NCBI GenBank assembly: GCA_001874005.1 | Contig: MNYJ01000137.1 | Coordinates: 8,535-72,534, forward strand | Direction: 5' to 3' | Length of the DNA stretch: 64,000 bases | DNA from: Desulfobacteraceae bacterium CG2_30_51_40 | Lineage (GTDB): Bacteria > Desulfobacterota > DSM-4660 > Desulfatiglandales > Desulfatiglandaceae | In this document: piece after piece, positions 45,793 to 55,440 of the stretch | Layout of the letters: each line of letters opens with the position of its first letter | How positions within the stretch are numbered: position 1 is the first letter of the stretch | Position numbers and translations under genes: made by a program | Notes under the pieces: generated by a model | Told to the model about the DNA's origin: nothing | The model's database searches: none | Seen by the model: the letters and a program-made list of their open reading frames with translations, nothing else

Positions 45793-46101
45793 TCAGTACC
45801 GGCCTTTTCCACGTAATAAGTAGTACTTGCCGTCAGCCGTCATACCTACGATACTATGGGCCGTCATTTGCTGCAGCATCTTCGGCAGGTAATCCCTGGC
45901 CCCTATCCGAAAGATGTTCTGTCGGGAATAGGGCAGGTCAACGGCCGAAGACGGATCCATTGCCTCCTTTTGCTCAAGGTCTTTGACAATCACGTTATAT
46001 GCCCGTGCCATCCGCCACGCATGATAGCGCCTGGTCAGGATATAGACCCCGATCAGGGCACAGACGCCGATAACGATCTCCCATGTTTCTGAGCTGCTCA
46101 T
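45793..46101 (-). CDS. Hypothetical small membrane-anchored protein
   Basis: 102 aa with one N-terminal TM helix (WEIVIGVCALIGVYIL). I recognise no family. Confidence 0.4.
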   Translation of the reverse strand: MSSSETWEIVIGVCALIGVYILTRRYHAWRMARAYNVIVKDLEQKEAMDPSSAVDLPYSRQNIFRIGARDYLPKMLQQMTAHSIVGMTADGKYYLLRGKGRY

Positions 46102-46606
46102 ATCGTTTTATTCCCCCTTTTCAATCAACTAGACCTTGCCAGGACGCCACGATTCTCTTGTTTCAGAGGCTATTTGCTGGTGTACTGAATTCGTAACCGA
46201 ATTCGGAGTTCAGATCTGCCCCTGCCCGCAGTGCCTAAAGCCACGGTTTTTGTAGGCGGGCGTCACCCTTTTATTAATAACCCTGAGGGCTAATCCCGCT
46301 TAAGGGTGGGACCTATTCAGCGCCCGAACGAAAACTCTGAAATTTAAGTAAGCGCAAATAATATTGTCGGCTCTATCGAGCTTACACTTATTCCTTCAAT
46401 CGCGAATTCCTCAATTCGTAACATCTCAATAACTGGGGGTAACCCGTCTGGATTAGGGCGAAAGCCGGAATCCAGGAAGCTTGTGGAGAAGGTGGTCGCC
46501 CCGATTAATTGAGAAGATACCTCAATTCCTCAATTCGCAATTGTGCCTGAATCACGCCAAGGCGTGATTTTCGTTCAGGCACTATTTAGACCATGGGGCT
46601 ACTCAC

Positions 46607-47098
46607 ATGATTTCCGACATCAAAAAGATCCCTTGCACAACAGAGCTGTCCATGAACGCCGAGTATGCGTTTGGGTATGCAGTAAGCCTGGCCAACCGAT
46701 ACAGGGCAGGGATCACGCTCCTCCACGTCCTCGAGGATATGTCCCCGTACCGGGATTCCCTCATGATGAATATCCTGGGTGAGGAGAAATGGAAGGGCCT
46801 GATGGAGACAAACAAGGAAAAGATCATCCAGGACCTGAAAGATGGGCTTGGAAAATTCTGCGACAGCGTCAGTGCCCAACTCCCCGCCTGTCCCTTTATC
46901 ACGGACGACATTGTCGTAAAAATCGGAAACCCGGTGGAGGCAATCCTGGAACAGGCCGAGGAGATGGACTGCGATCTGGTGGTCATGGGCACCCATGGGC
47001 ACGGGATTCTGGGAGACGCCATGATCGGGAGCGTATCCAGAAGGGTGCTTCGGCGCTCGAAGAAGCCGGTGCTGGTGGTCCGTCTGCCCCAGAAATAA
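46607..47098 (+). CDS. Universal stress protein (UspA family)
   Basis: 163 aa. LLHVLED...DLVVMGTHGHGILGDAMIGSVSRRVLRRSKKPVLVV carries the USP ATP-binding G-2x-G-9x-G(S/T) motif. Confidence 0.85.
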   Translation: MISDIKKIPCTTELSMNAEYAFGYAVSLANRYRAGITLLHVLEDMSPYRDSLMMNILGEEKWKGLMETNKEKIIQDLKDGLGKFCDSVSAQLPACPFITDDIVVKIGNPVEAILEQAEEMDCDLVVMGTHGHGILGDAMIGSVSRRVLRRSKKPVLVVRLPQK

Positions 47099-47103
47099 GG
47101 GGA

Positions 47104-48741
47104 TCAATGCCCTGATTTCCGCTTTACCTCCAACGCCTTCAGCTCTTTCCGGATGATCTTTCCCGTGGTGGTCATGGGGAGTTCTGTCACGAACTCGATC
47201 TCACGGGGATATTCATGGGCCGCCAACCGGACCTTGACGTACTTTTTGATCTCCTCTTCCAGTTCAGGACCGGGGGTTATACCGGCCTTTGGCAGGATAA
47301 AGGCCTTGACGACCTCTGTCCGGACCTTGTCCGGGCTTCCCACCACCGCCACCATTCCCACGGCCGGGTGCTTCATGAGGCAGTCTTCAATCTCGGCAGG
47401 ACCTATCCGATACCCCGAGCTGGTGATCAGATCATCCTTTCTCCCCACAAACCAGAAGTACCCATCCTCATCCTTTCTGGCCAGGTCTCCGGTGAGCCAC
47501 CAGTCATGGATGTACTTCCCCCGGGTGGCCTCGGGGTTGTTCCAGTATTCAATACACATGACCGGATCGGGACGCTGAATGGCAATCTCCCCAGGGGTCC
47601 CCGGAGGAACCGGAATGCCCGATTCGTCCACCACTTCCACCCGGTGCCCGGGGATGGCCTTTCCCATGGAACCGGGCCGGACCTCCATCACCTCGGAGCA
47701 GGTTCCCACCACCAGGTTGACCTCGGTCTGGCCGTAAAACTCATTGATGGTCAGTCCCATGACCTCCCGGCCCCAGTCGAGGAGTTCCTCACCCAGTGCC
47801 TCTCCCCCGCTCCCGATGGTCCTCATGGCATAGTCATAACGGCTGCGCGGATCCGGGACCTGCCGCATCAGCTTCAGTGCCGTTGGGGGCATGAAGGCAT
47901 TCCGAATCCCGTATTCGGCGATCAGGTGAAATGCCTCCTCCGGATCGAACTTCCTGGCCCGATGGGCCAGCACCGGGACCCCGTAATGCCAGCTCGGCAG
48001 GAGGACGTCCATGAACCCCCCGAACCAGGCCCAGTCGGCCGGGGTCCAGAAGAAATCGTCCTCCTTGGGAAAGAAGTTATGGGGGAACTGTACGCCGGGA
48101 AGATGCCCTAACAGAACGCGTTGTGCGTGAAACGCCCCTTTGGGGGGGCCCGTGGTGCCCGAGGTATAGCTAATAAAGGCCGGGTCATCGGCCCTCGTCT
48201 TGACGGGCTGAAACGATGACGATCCCTTTTCAATCAACTCCCAGAAACTCACGACCCCGTCCGGGGTCTTACCCCTTGCCAGCACAATCGTTTGAAGGTT
48301 GGGCAGCCGGTTCCGTATCTCCAGAACCTTGGGCAGATTGGCTTCATCCGTGACAATGCCCCTGGCCCAGCTGTTAGACAGCCTGTACTCCAGGGCCTCT
48401 GTGCCGAACAGGGTAAAGAGGGGAATGACCACGGCCCCCATCTTATAGACCGCAATATGGGCGATCCCTGCCTCAGGAGACTGGGGCAGCATGATGGCGA
48501 AGCGGTCGCCGGGTTCGATCCCATGGGCCTTGAGTCCATTGGCAAGCCCGTTTGACAGACGCATCAGGTCCCAGAATGTATATTTCTCCACCTCCCCGGT
48601 TTCGTTCTCATAGATCAAGGCCAGCCGGTATCGCTGGTGTGCCCACTTGTCGCAGATGTCCACCCCGATGTTGTAGAATTCGGGGATCTCCCAACGAAAC
48701 GACCGATACACCTCGTCATAGGTCCTTCCAGGCTTTAACAT
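47104..48741 (-). CDS. AMP-forming acyl-CoA synthetase (acetyl/medium-chain-CoA ligase family)
   Basis: The AMP-binding motif is YTSGTTGPPKG, with GEI..., YWNNPEAT and a C-terminal TTTGKIIRKEL. The start is ATG 48741 (MLKPGRTYDE..) or GTG 48768. Confidence 0.85.
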   Translation of the reverse strand: MLKPGRTYDEVYRSFRWEIPEFYNIGVDICDKWAHQRYRLALIYENETGEVEKYTFWDLMRLSNGLANGLKAHGIEPGDRFAIMLPQSPEAGIAHIAVYKMGAVVIPLFTLFGTEALEYRLSNSWARGIVTDEANLPKVLEIRNRLPNLQTIVLARGKTPDGVVSFWELIEKGSSSFQPVKTRADDPAFISYTSGTTGPPKGAFHAQRVLLGHLPGVQFPHNFFPKEDDFFWTPADWAWFGGFMDVLLPSWHYGVPVLAHRARKFDPEEAFHLIAEYGIRNAFMPPTALKLMRQVPDPRSRYDYAMRTIGSGGEALGEELLDWGREVMGLTINEFYGQTEVNLVVGTCSEVMEVRPGSMGKAIPGHRVEVVDESGIPVPPGTPGEIAIQRPDPVMCIEYWNNPEATRGKYIHDWWLTGDLARKDEDGYFWFVGRKDDLITSSGYRIGPAEIEDCLMKHPAVGMVAVVGSPDKVRTEVVKAFILPKAGITPGPELEEEIKKYVKVRLAAHEYPREIEFVTELPMTTTGKIIRKELKALEVKRKSGH

Positions 48742-48827
48742 GTCCGTCCCCCATCCCTGCAAATACACTCCCTACTGCTTACTCCCTGCTCCTCGCTCTC
48801 CGCTCCTCGCCCCCTGCTCCCTCCCGT

Positions 48828-50150
48828 CTACTTCACCAGCGTATTGGCTAGCCAGAGAATGCTCTGGGGCCAGATAACACAGGCGATCAGGCCCAGTTCC
48901 ATGAGCCTCCAGAACGGAAAGGTCCCCCAGTAGATATCCTTGGTGGTCACCTCAGGGGGTGCGACCCCTTTCAAATAGAAAAGGGCATAGCCGAACGGGG
49001 GCGTTAAAAAAGAATCCTGGAGCATAACCGCGATAATCACCACAAACCAGACCTTGTCAAACCCTAGATCCGCGGCAATGGGAAGAAACAGGGGAAAGCA
49101 GATCATAATGATCCCGATCCAGTCCAGGAACATCCCGAGGATAAAGAGGATAATCATCATGACGATGAAGGTGCCCCATTTGCCGAGGCCGATCGTCATA
49201 ATAACCTCCTTGACCACCTCGTCGCCGGCCGATCCCATGAACACGCCGGCAAAGCAGCTTGCCCCCACCAGGATGATGATCACCATAGAAGTAGTCTTTG
49301 CGGTGTTCACTACGGCCTTGGTGAGTCCTCTCCAGGTGAATTTGCCATAGACTACGGTCATGAGAAAAGCCAGTACCGCGCCCACCGCAGCGGCCTCCGT
49401 GGGCGTGGCAATGCCCGCGAAGATGGAGCCGAGGACCCCGGCGATGAGAATCAGGGGGGGTACCATAGACTTCAGTGCCATCCCCATAATCTGTGTCACT
49501 GTTACAGCATCCCGTTCTTCCCTCGTAAGGGCAGGGCCGTCCTCGGGCTTCCACCAGCACCGGAAGAGGATGTAGAGGACATACATGGTCGAGAGAATGA
49601 GCCCGGGGATAATGGCCCCGGCGAACAGTTTCCCCACCGACAGACCGGACTGGTCGGCCATAACCACCAACATGATGCTGGGGGGAATCAGTATCCCCAG
49701 GGTGCCGCCCGCACAGATGGTCCCGGAGGCCAGTTGTTTACTGTACCCGTATTTGAGCATGACCGGCATGCCCAGAAGGCCCATGGTGACCACCGAGGCC
49801 CCGATAATCCCGGTGCAGGCCCCGAAAAGCGTAGAGACCACGATGACGGCGATGGCGATCCCCCCGCGAATAGGCCCGAAGAGATAGCGCATGGTGTCGA
49901 AGAGGTCTTCCGCCACCCCGGACTGATCCAGCAACTGGGCCATGAGGATAAAGAGGGGGATGGCCACCAGGATGTAGTTGTCCATGACGCCCCAGGTCCG
50001 GTTGATAAACATGAAAAAGGAAGCCGAACCCCAGCCCATATATCCAAAGATCACTGCAAGGCCGCCCAGTACAAAGGCCAGGGGGTGGCCCATGAAGAGC
50101 CCGATGAGGAGCCCGATGAACATCCCGTAGGTAATGAATTCTGCGCTCAT
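48828..50150 (-). CDS. dctM: TRAP transporter large permease (DctM), locus 3, intact
   Basis: 440 aa and multi-TM. It is a paralogue of the other two DctM copies. Confidence 0.9.
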   Translation of the reverse strand: MSAEFITYGMFIGLLIGLFMGHPLAFVLGGLAVIFGYMGWGSASFFMFINRTWGVMDNYILVAIPLFILMAQLLDQSGVAEDLFDTMRYLFGPIRGGIAIAVIVVSTLFGACTGIIGASVVTMGLLGMPVMLKYGYSKQLASGTICAGGTLGILIPPSIMLVVMADQSGLSVGKLFAGAIIPGLILSTMYVLYILFRCWWKPEDGPALTREERDAVTVTQIMGMALKSMVPPLILIAGVLGSIFAGIATPTEAAAVGAVLAFLMTVVYGKFTWRGLTKAVVNTAKTTSMVIIILVGASCFAGVFMGSAGDEVVKEVIMTIGLGKWGTFIVMMIILFILGMFLDWIGIIMICFPLFLPIAADLGFDKVWFVVIIAVMLQDSFLTPPFGYALFYLKGVAPPEVTTKDIYWGTFPFWRLMELGLIACVIWPQSILWLANTLVK

Positions 50151-50656
50151 ATCTCTTTCCCCTTCACAGTGAGGTAAATGCTGCGGATAAAGGTGGCCAG
50201 TCCCTGGATGATCAGAAGGGCAAACGCCACCGGCATGGCGGTCTTGACCTCGGGCACTATGGGCAATGCCGCAGAGCCGCTTGTCTCGCCCTGCATCCAG
50301 GAGGTGTAGGCAAAATCCGTCCCGATATACAGCATGATGATGCAGAAGGGGAAAAAGAATATAAGGTGGGTCAGGATGTCGAACATGCCCCTGACCCTGG
50401 GCGGAAATCCCTGATAGATGATGTCCACGCTCACGTGGGCCTTATATAGAAGGGTATAGGCCGCCACCAGCATGAAGTGGGCCCCATAGATGTAATCCGT
50501 GACCTCGGTCGCCCAGATATGGGGCGCATTGAAGACCCTTCTGGCGACGACCTCATAGGCCACCACCCCGGTCAGGGGAATGATGAGCCAGACAAAGATC
50601 CGCCCGCTCCATTCGCTGATCTGATCAAGCCCGTTCAAAAATGCCTTAAGCTTCAT
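50147..50656 (-). CDS. dctQ: TRAP transporter small permease (DctQ), locus 3
   Basis: 169 aa with 4 TM helices and an ATGA overlap with dctM. Confidence 0.85.
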   Translation of the reverse strand: MKLKAFLNGLDQISEWSGRIFVWLIIPLTGVVAYEVVARRVFNAPHIWATEVTDYIYGAHFMLVAAYTLLYKAHVSVDIIYQGFPPRVRGMFDILTHLIFFFPFCIIMLYIGTDFAYTSWMQGETSGSAALPIVPEVKTAMPVAFALLIIQGLATFIRSIYLTVKGKEI

Positions 50657-50747
50657 AAAGTTCCCTTTCGTTGACCATAGCCATAGCCGAAATTTTGCCC
50701 ATAAGAAGGTCTATTTCACCCCGCTGACAAAGGCCCCGGCCCTGTGG

Positions 50748-50843
50748 GAGAGGCATCATGCCTCGACCATCGAGGCTGAAAGCCTCTCTCACAATGGCCG
50801 CAACTCCGGAAAACGCCTTTGGAGGGGATCCCTACAAAGGCCT
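50748..50843 (-). promoter_or_regulatory. Three consecutive stem-loops in the dctP-dctQ intercistronic region
   Basis: The stem-loops are GAGGCA-tca-TGCCTC (50750-50764), GAGGCT-gaa-AGCCTC (50772-50786) and GCCTTTG-N13-CAAAGGC (50815-50841). The last is followed on the minus strand by GTTTTCC. Confidence 0.45.
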
Positions 50844-50851
50844 GGTCCCGA

Positions 50852-51985
50852 TTATTTGACGCCGAGTTTATCCAGCTCCGCCAACACCGCATCCACATAC
50901 TTGGGCGTGCGCCCCTGGCCGAATTGGCCGCTCATATCCCGCCAGATCTTGTATTCCTTGAGATATAGCATCTGTGACTTGAGTATCCTCGCATAGAAAG
51001 GCTGTCCCTTTCCCATGGTCTCCTTGGCCTGCATAATGGCGTACTGCCCTGCCAGCGCCTCCAGCTTCTCGAGGGTCGCATCGTCCAAGGTGGAGAGCTC
51101 TGTTCCTTTATCGAGAAATCGCTTGACGCCCCTGCCCGAATCCACCTCGTAAAAGGCCAGAGCCTTGATGGCCGCGGCCTGGGCCCCGTATTTGAGGATG
51201 GCCTGGTATTCCTTGGAAAGGGCATTGTAGGCCTTCAGGTTGACCATCATCCCTAATTGGGAGGCGGGCTGAAACCAGCAGGGGACGCTCCAGTATTTGG
51301 TGATCTCGGCAAAGCCCATTTCCCAATCCACGCCCGGGCTGCTGAACTCGGCCCCATCCAGGGTGCCTCTCTCCACGGCCAGGTAGATCTCGCCCCCGGG
51401 GAGCTTCACCGGCGCAGCGCCCACCTGCTCCAGGATCCAAATGGTGGCGCGTGAGGGGGTCCGCATCTTCTTTCCCTTGTAATCCTCAAGGGTCTTGATG
51501 GGGCCTGCTTTGGCCGTGGTCCGAAAGCCCGATTCCATGGGGGTAGAGCCTAATGAAAAATAGGTCATGTTATATTTTCCATAGAGTTCCTGCATAAGTT
51601 CCAGGCCGCCGCACTCATACATCCAGTTGACATAGTCCACATTGGTAAAGCCGAAGGGGAAGGAACCCAGAAAGTCAAAGGCCGGGTCCTTGCTTGCCCA
51701 GTAGCTGGGCCAGTCGCCGACTGCCTCCACCGCTCCCTTGCTGCAGCCGTCAAAATATTCGAATGCCCCCATGAGCGTGCCCGAAGGAAACCACTTGATC
51801 TCAAAATTTCCCCCGGTCATCTCGCCCACGTATTTGATCAGTTCCTTATCGCCGTAATAGAGATTGATGGCAGGGGTCCAGGTGCTCCCCAATTTCCATT
51901 GGATTTTCTTGGCCAACGCCGTGGCTCCAAATGCCAACACGGTAGTTAACACGCCCAAAAACATCAACATCTTGATCTTTTTCAT
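50852..51985 (-). CDS. dctP: TRAP transporter substrate-binding protein (DctP family), locus 3
   Basis: 377 aa. The signal peptide is MKKIKMLMFLGVLTTVLAFGATALA. It is a paralogue of the frameshifted copy at 43556..44591. Confidence 0.85.
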   Translation of the reverse strand: MKKIKMLMFLGVLTTVLAFGATALAKKIQWKLGSTWTPAINLYYGDKELIKYVGEMTGGNFEIKWFPSGTLMGAFEYFDGCSKGAVEAVGDWPSYWASKDPAFDFLGSFPFGFTNVDYVNWMYECGGLELMQELYGKYNMTYFSLGSTPMESGFRTTAKAGPIKTLEDYKGKKMRTPSRATIWILEQVGAAPVKLPGGEIYLAVERGTLDGAEFSSPGVDWEMGFAEITKYWSVPCWFQPASQLGMMVNLKAYNALSKEYQAILKYGAQAAAIKALAFYEVDSGRGVKRFLDKGTELSTLDDATLEKLEALAGQYAIMQAKETMGKGQPFYARILKSQMLYLKEYKIWRDMSGQFGQGRTPKYVDAVLAELDKLGVK

Positions 51986-52257
51986 CTTTACCCTCCATAG
52001 AATAAATGTTTTATCGATTGCACTCCGTGAGGATTGTCCCCACCCCTACCCTATTTTCCGAAATCACCTCCCTTCCCATTTCTTTAGGGTTGTCTATTTT
52101 GCCGGCCATGTCCAAGTCTTAGCGCGCCTTGAATGCGATAGGGCGCTGGATAGAAGATGATGACGTAGGAAATAATGTTTTCCGGCATGTCACTTAACTA
52201 CTCGAGAGCACACAGTTCTTGTAACATATTGATATTAGGGAATGTATAAAAAGCACG

Positions 52258-52605
52258 CCGTCATTCCGGCGAAAGCCGGTATCCAGCATTATTTCATGAG
52301 GTTACCCATCCTGGATGCCGGATCAAGTCCAGCATGACGGGAGAACCTCGGACTCTTGAGTTTTTATATGAAAATACCCGTGTCTATCTGTTGATGTTGT
52401 GATATTCACCATTCCTAATTAGCTTGAAAAGCGATTTATATAAAAATAGAAAGTTATCTCATATTATCAACTAGTTCTGCTATCGATGTTTGTTTCTGGA
52501 TACCGGCTCCAGGATCAAGGTTCGGGACAGGCTTCGCCGGTATGACGATCATTATATGTATTCATCCTTCTTTGTGCCCCATTCGGGCATGACAGTTAGT
52601 ACAAT
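52258..52605. repeat. Cluster of family A, B-end and C repeats
   Basis: The pieces are gtcattccggcgaaagccggtatccag...ctggatgccggatcaagtccagcatgacgg (52258-52340), tttttatatgaaaata (52360-52376), ctggataccggctcc...cttcgccggtatgacg (52497-52550) and ttctttgtgccccattcgggcatgacagttag (52570-52601). Confidence 0.55.
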
Positions 52606-53321
52606 CAAGCAAGAAATCTTCAATCTGAGTCTGATCTCAGTTCATTTCTCTTAAACGGGGAAATCGATGATGATCCGAGTTGCACAAGAGCAGGCATTTC
52701 AACTCCGGATGCCAAACGTATCCAATTTTATAACAGATCACCATCGAAATGTCATTCACTCAATGAAAAAATTTTCAGTGCCTGAATTAAAAGCCGATCC
52801 TTCGGCCAGGAAATCCGAAACCCGAGCCACAAAATAGGAAACAATCACCAAAAACAAAATTGTCTCAATGACAGAACCCCCATATTTTAAAGGCCTTTGG
52901 TTTTTTTGATGTTGACATTTAGGTATTCCTATTTGTTCCGGATTTCATAATTTGATATTCGGATTTTGCCTTGATCACGTCGAAGCTTGATTTCCGTTCA
53001 GGCACTACTTAGTGCCGCTGCGAAGATTACCGTGATTGATACCATTAAGCGTCTCTCTGAAAGGCGTAAAAGATCAGCCGATTGGCCCTAAGCAACTGGT
53101 AATGTCAATATGCCAATTCCCGAAGTGTGTCAAGAAGAAGTTTTTAAGGAGCCGTATGAAACGGCGCCCCGGACAGGCCATTTTGCCTGATGTATATATT
53201 AAATAACTAATCATAACAAGTATATCAAATTCTAAGGATTGTTTTTAAACAACCTTGGAACATCAATGTCAATGGGCGATTCGGGCGCTGAAAAATTCGG
53301 CTTGCATGGCGAAAATAAATC

Positions 53322-53332
53322 TGGTATGACCA
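53322..53332. promoter_or_regulatory. Candidate GntR/FadR-type operator TGGTaTGACCA upstream of the second GntR gene
   Basis: It lies about 80 nt upstream of ATG 53413 and shares the palindrome found at 44761-44771. Confidence 0.45.
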
Positions 53333-53412
53333 TATAAAAAAATCATTGCAGCGACAGAAGCCCACGGTTTGCAAAACCTGCCTGCCTGCACAGGGCGTTG
53401 AGAAGGGGGGTT

Positions 53413-54123
53413 ATGTTCAAGAAGATTTCCGCCAGAAAGATATCGGATGAAATCATCGAGCAGTTCAAGGAGATGTTGAACAAGGGCGAGCTGAAGCCGG
53501 GGGACGAACTTCCCTCGGAGCGGGATCTGGCTGAAATGATCGGCGTCAGTCGTCCCCCCTTGAGAGAGGCGCTCAATGCCCTTCAAACCATGGGCTTTAT
53601 TGAAATCCGGCCCAGGAGCAAGATCGTCGTCCGATCTATTGTCGAGAAATTTATCGGGGACCCGGTCAGCATCCTGATCGCCCAGGATATTGAGAAGATA
53701 TTTGAACTCCTGGAGATCCGTCGGGCCATGGAAAGCTGGGTCGCTTACAATGCCGCGAAACGGGCATCGAAGGAAGATATTGAAAAAATAGGAAAGATCA
53801 TAGAGAAGGACCAGGAAAACCTTAGGCTAAAAAAAGATGATGCGAAGACCGACGCGGATTTCCATGTGTCCATCGCCCAGGCCACGGGCAATACCATCTT
53901 TTCCCATCTCATGGCCTCCTGCTACCATATCCTCTGGAACACCCAGATCGTATCCCGGGAGACCCTGTTCAAGAAAGAGGCGAATCGTGAGAGGATCGCC
54001 GCGCAGCACCTCAATATTTTCGAGGCCATTCGCGCGCGGGATGCCGACAGGGCTGCCAGAGAGGCCAGGCGGCACATCGACTTTGTGGCGGAGGAACTGA
54101 GACGTCTGCTCAGCGTGGGATAG
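53413..54123 (+). CDS. GntR family transcriptional regulator (FadR subfamily, FCD domain)
   Basis: ATG 53413 lies after RBS GAAGGGGGG. The wHTH is LPSERDLAEMIGVSRPPLREALNALQTMGFIE. It is a paralogue of 44992..45726. Confidence 0.85.
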   Translation: MFKKISARKISDEIIEQFKEMLNKGELKPGDELPSERDLAEMIGVSRPPLREALNALQTMGFIEIRPRSKIVVRSIVEKFIGDPVSILIAQDIEKIFELLEIRRAMESWVAYNAAKRASKEDIEKIGKIIEKDQENLRLKKDDAKTDADFHVSIAQATGNTIFSHLMASCYHILWNTQIVSRETLFKKEANRERIAAQHLNIFEAIRARDADRAAREARRHIDFVAEELRRLLSVG

Positions 54124-54185
54124 GCCCATCGAAATGACTAGATGGACTCCGGATCGGTGCCAAAATGACATGCGGCATTTTTATG

Positions 54186-54325
54186 CTTCGTTGTGCCCCA
54201 CCAGGACATGACAGTTTTATATGAAAATTCCCCTTCCCTTTATCCCTCTCCCTAGACGGATGAGGGAGTGGTGGGTGTGATTTTCATCTTTCGTTGTGCC
54301 CCATTCGGGCGTGGGGGTTAGTTGT
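54186..54325. repeat. Family C - family B - family C composite repeat
   Basis: cttcgttgtgccccaccaggacatgacagtt is followed by ATGAAAATTCCCC...GGGTGTGATTTTCAT and then ctttcgttgtgccccattcgggcgtgggggttag. Confidence 0.55.
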
Positions 54326-54350
54326 AACGCAGCACTAATTGCCCCTCCTT

Positions 54351-55121
54351 TTAAATATTCTCTGCGCTGTGCCTGGCTGCCTCACCCTTCAGAAGAGTTC
54401 CCATTCGTGGGCGCCTTGAGGCCAAGAGATAGCGATCCCTCCTGAGCCTTGCAAAGATTGTAGCCCCAGGGCAGGGTGCGACAAGTTTTTGAGAGTGCTG
54501 CTCTCCTATCACCTGAAAAAGCTCAAGGCAGCAGGAGCAAAGATGGGCGCTTCGGTCTATTGAATATGGAATAAGTCCCCCGTCGCTGTTTGTGAACAGG
54601 CGGGGGGAAATGAAATTAGCATGATTTGCCGATTGAGTAAGAAACAGAAGTTCATAGTCTTCAATCTCTGAGCCAAGCCTTTTTGCCCACCTGAGATAGA
54701 TTCGTTTTTCGGTATCCTCGACCTCCGACCACTGCCGCGGTGCGAGGGCGAGATAATCAGGATCAGCGACAAGGCTGAGTTTATCGTTTCTCGTTGCGAG
54801 GGATTCAGGGACAAAATCGGTTTCAGTTATTATGGACGTCAGGTTTTCCTCAAATTGAGCAAGCTCAAATGAACTGACAACCAGATAAAGGCCGTTTTTG
54901 TCCGAGGCACGATACCAGCTTCCAGGTCTCTTGCACGTTTCGTCCCAAACGGAAGGGGCAACCAGGGATATCTTATTGATGGGATCAAGCGGGGTGCACA
55001 TTACGCCCTTTGCCTGCCTGAGCTTTACTCCCATATCCGCTGTAATTTTCTCGAGATTTCCAACTTGGGATTCTTTTAGCCAGTAAGCAAATTTTCTATA
55101 AGGTTCTTTATCTCTGCCCAT
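54351..55121 (-). CDS. Hypothetical protein, no recognisable family (orphan flanked by repeats)
   Basis: I prefer ATG 55121 (RBS-like GGGGGAAAGGGTGGAT upstream), giving 256 aa. The gene is lower in GC than its neighbours. The C-terminal Cys/His cluster is AHLCSCCLELF..x15..APCPG. Confidence 0.5.
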   Translation of the reverse strand: MGRDKEPYRKFAYWLKESQVGNLEKITADMGVKLRQAKGVMCTPLDPINKISLVAPSVWDETCKRPGSWYRASDKNGLYLVVSSFELAQFEENLTSIITETDFVPESLATRNDKLSLVADPDYLALAPRQWSEVEDTEKRIYLRWAKRLGSEIEDYELLFLTQSANHANFISPRLFTNSDGGLIPYSIDRSAHLCSCCLELFQVIGEQHSQKLVAPCPGATIFARLRRDRYLLASRRPRMGTLLKGEAARHSAENI

Positions 55122-55440
55122 ATCCACCCTTTCCCCCTGCTCTGTTTCAGAGCGTTGATAGTGGCATACAGGATGACTGATGGCAACGGAAAATAGCATG
55201 GCCTGCGGCGATGTATTTGATATAGATTATTGGGGGCCCGACGGCTATCCGGCAGACTCTGTTATCCGGCCTTCCGATGAGGCAACATATTCAAGCCTCG
55301 CGCCTCCGTGATCGGGATATAGTCTAAAGCGTTTTTGTCTCCCGCGATATTTCCGTTGATGGAAGGGCGGGAGTCAAATAGGATAGACAAGGGCCCTTTT
55401 GTGTCTGTCAACTTAAAGTATAAAGGAGAATAAACCCAGG

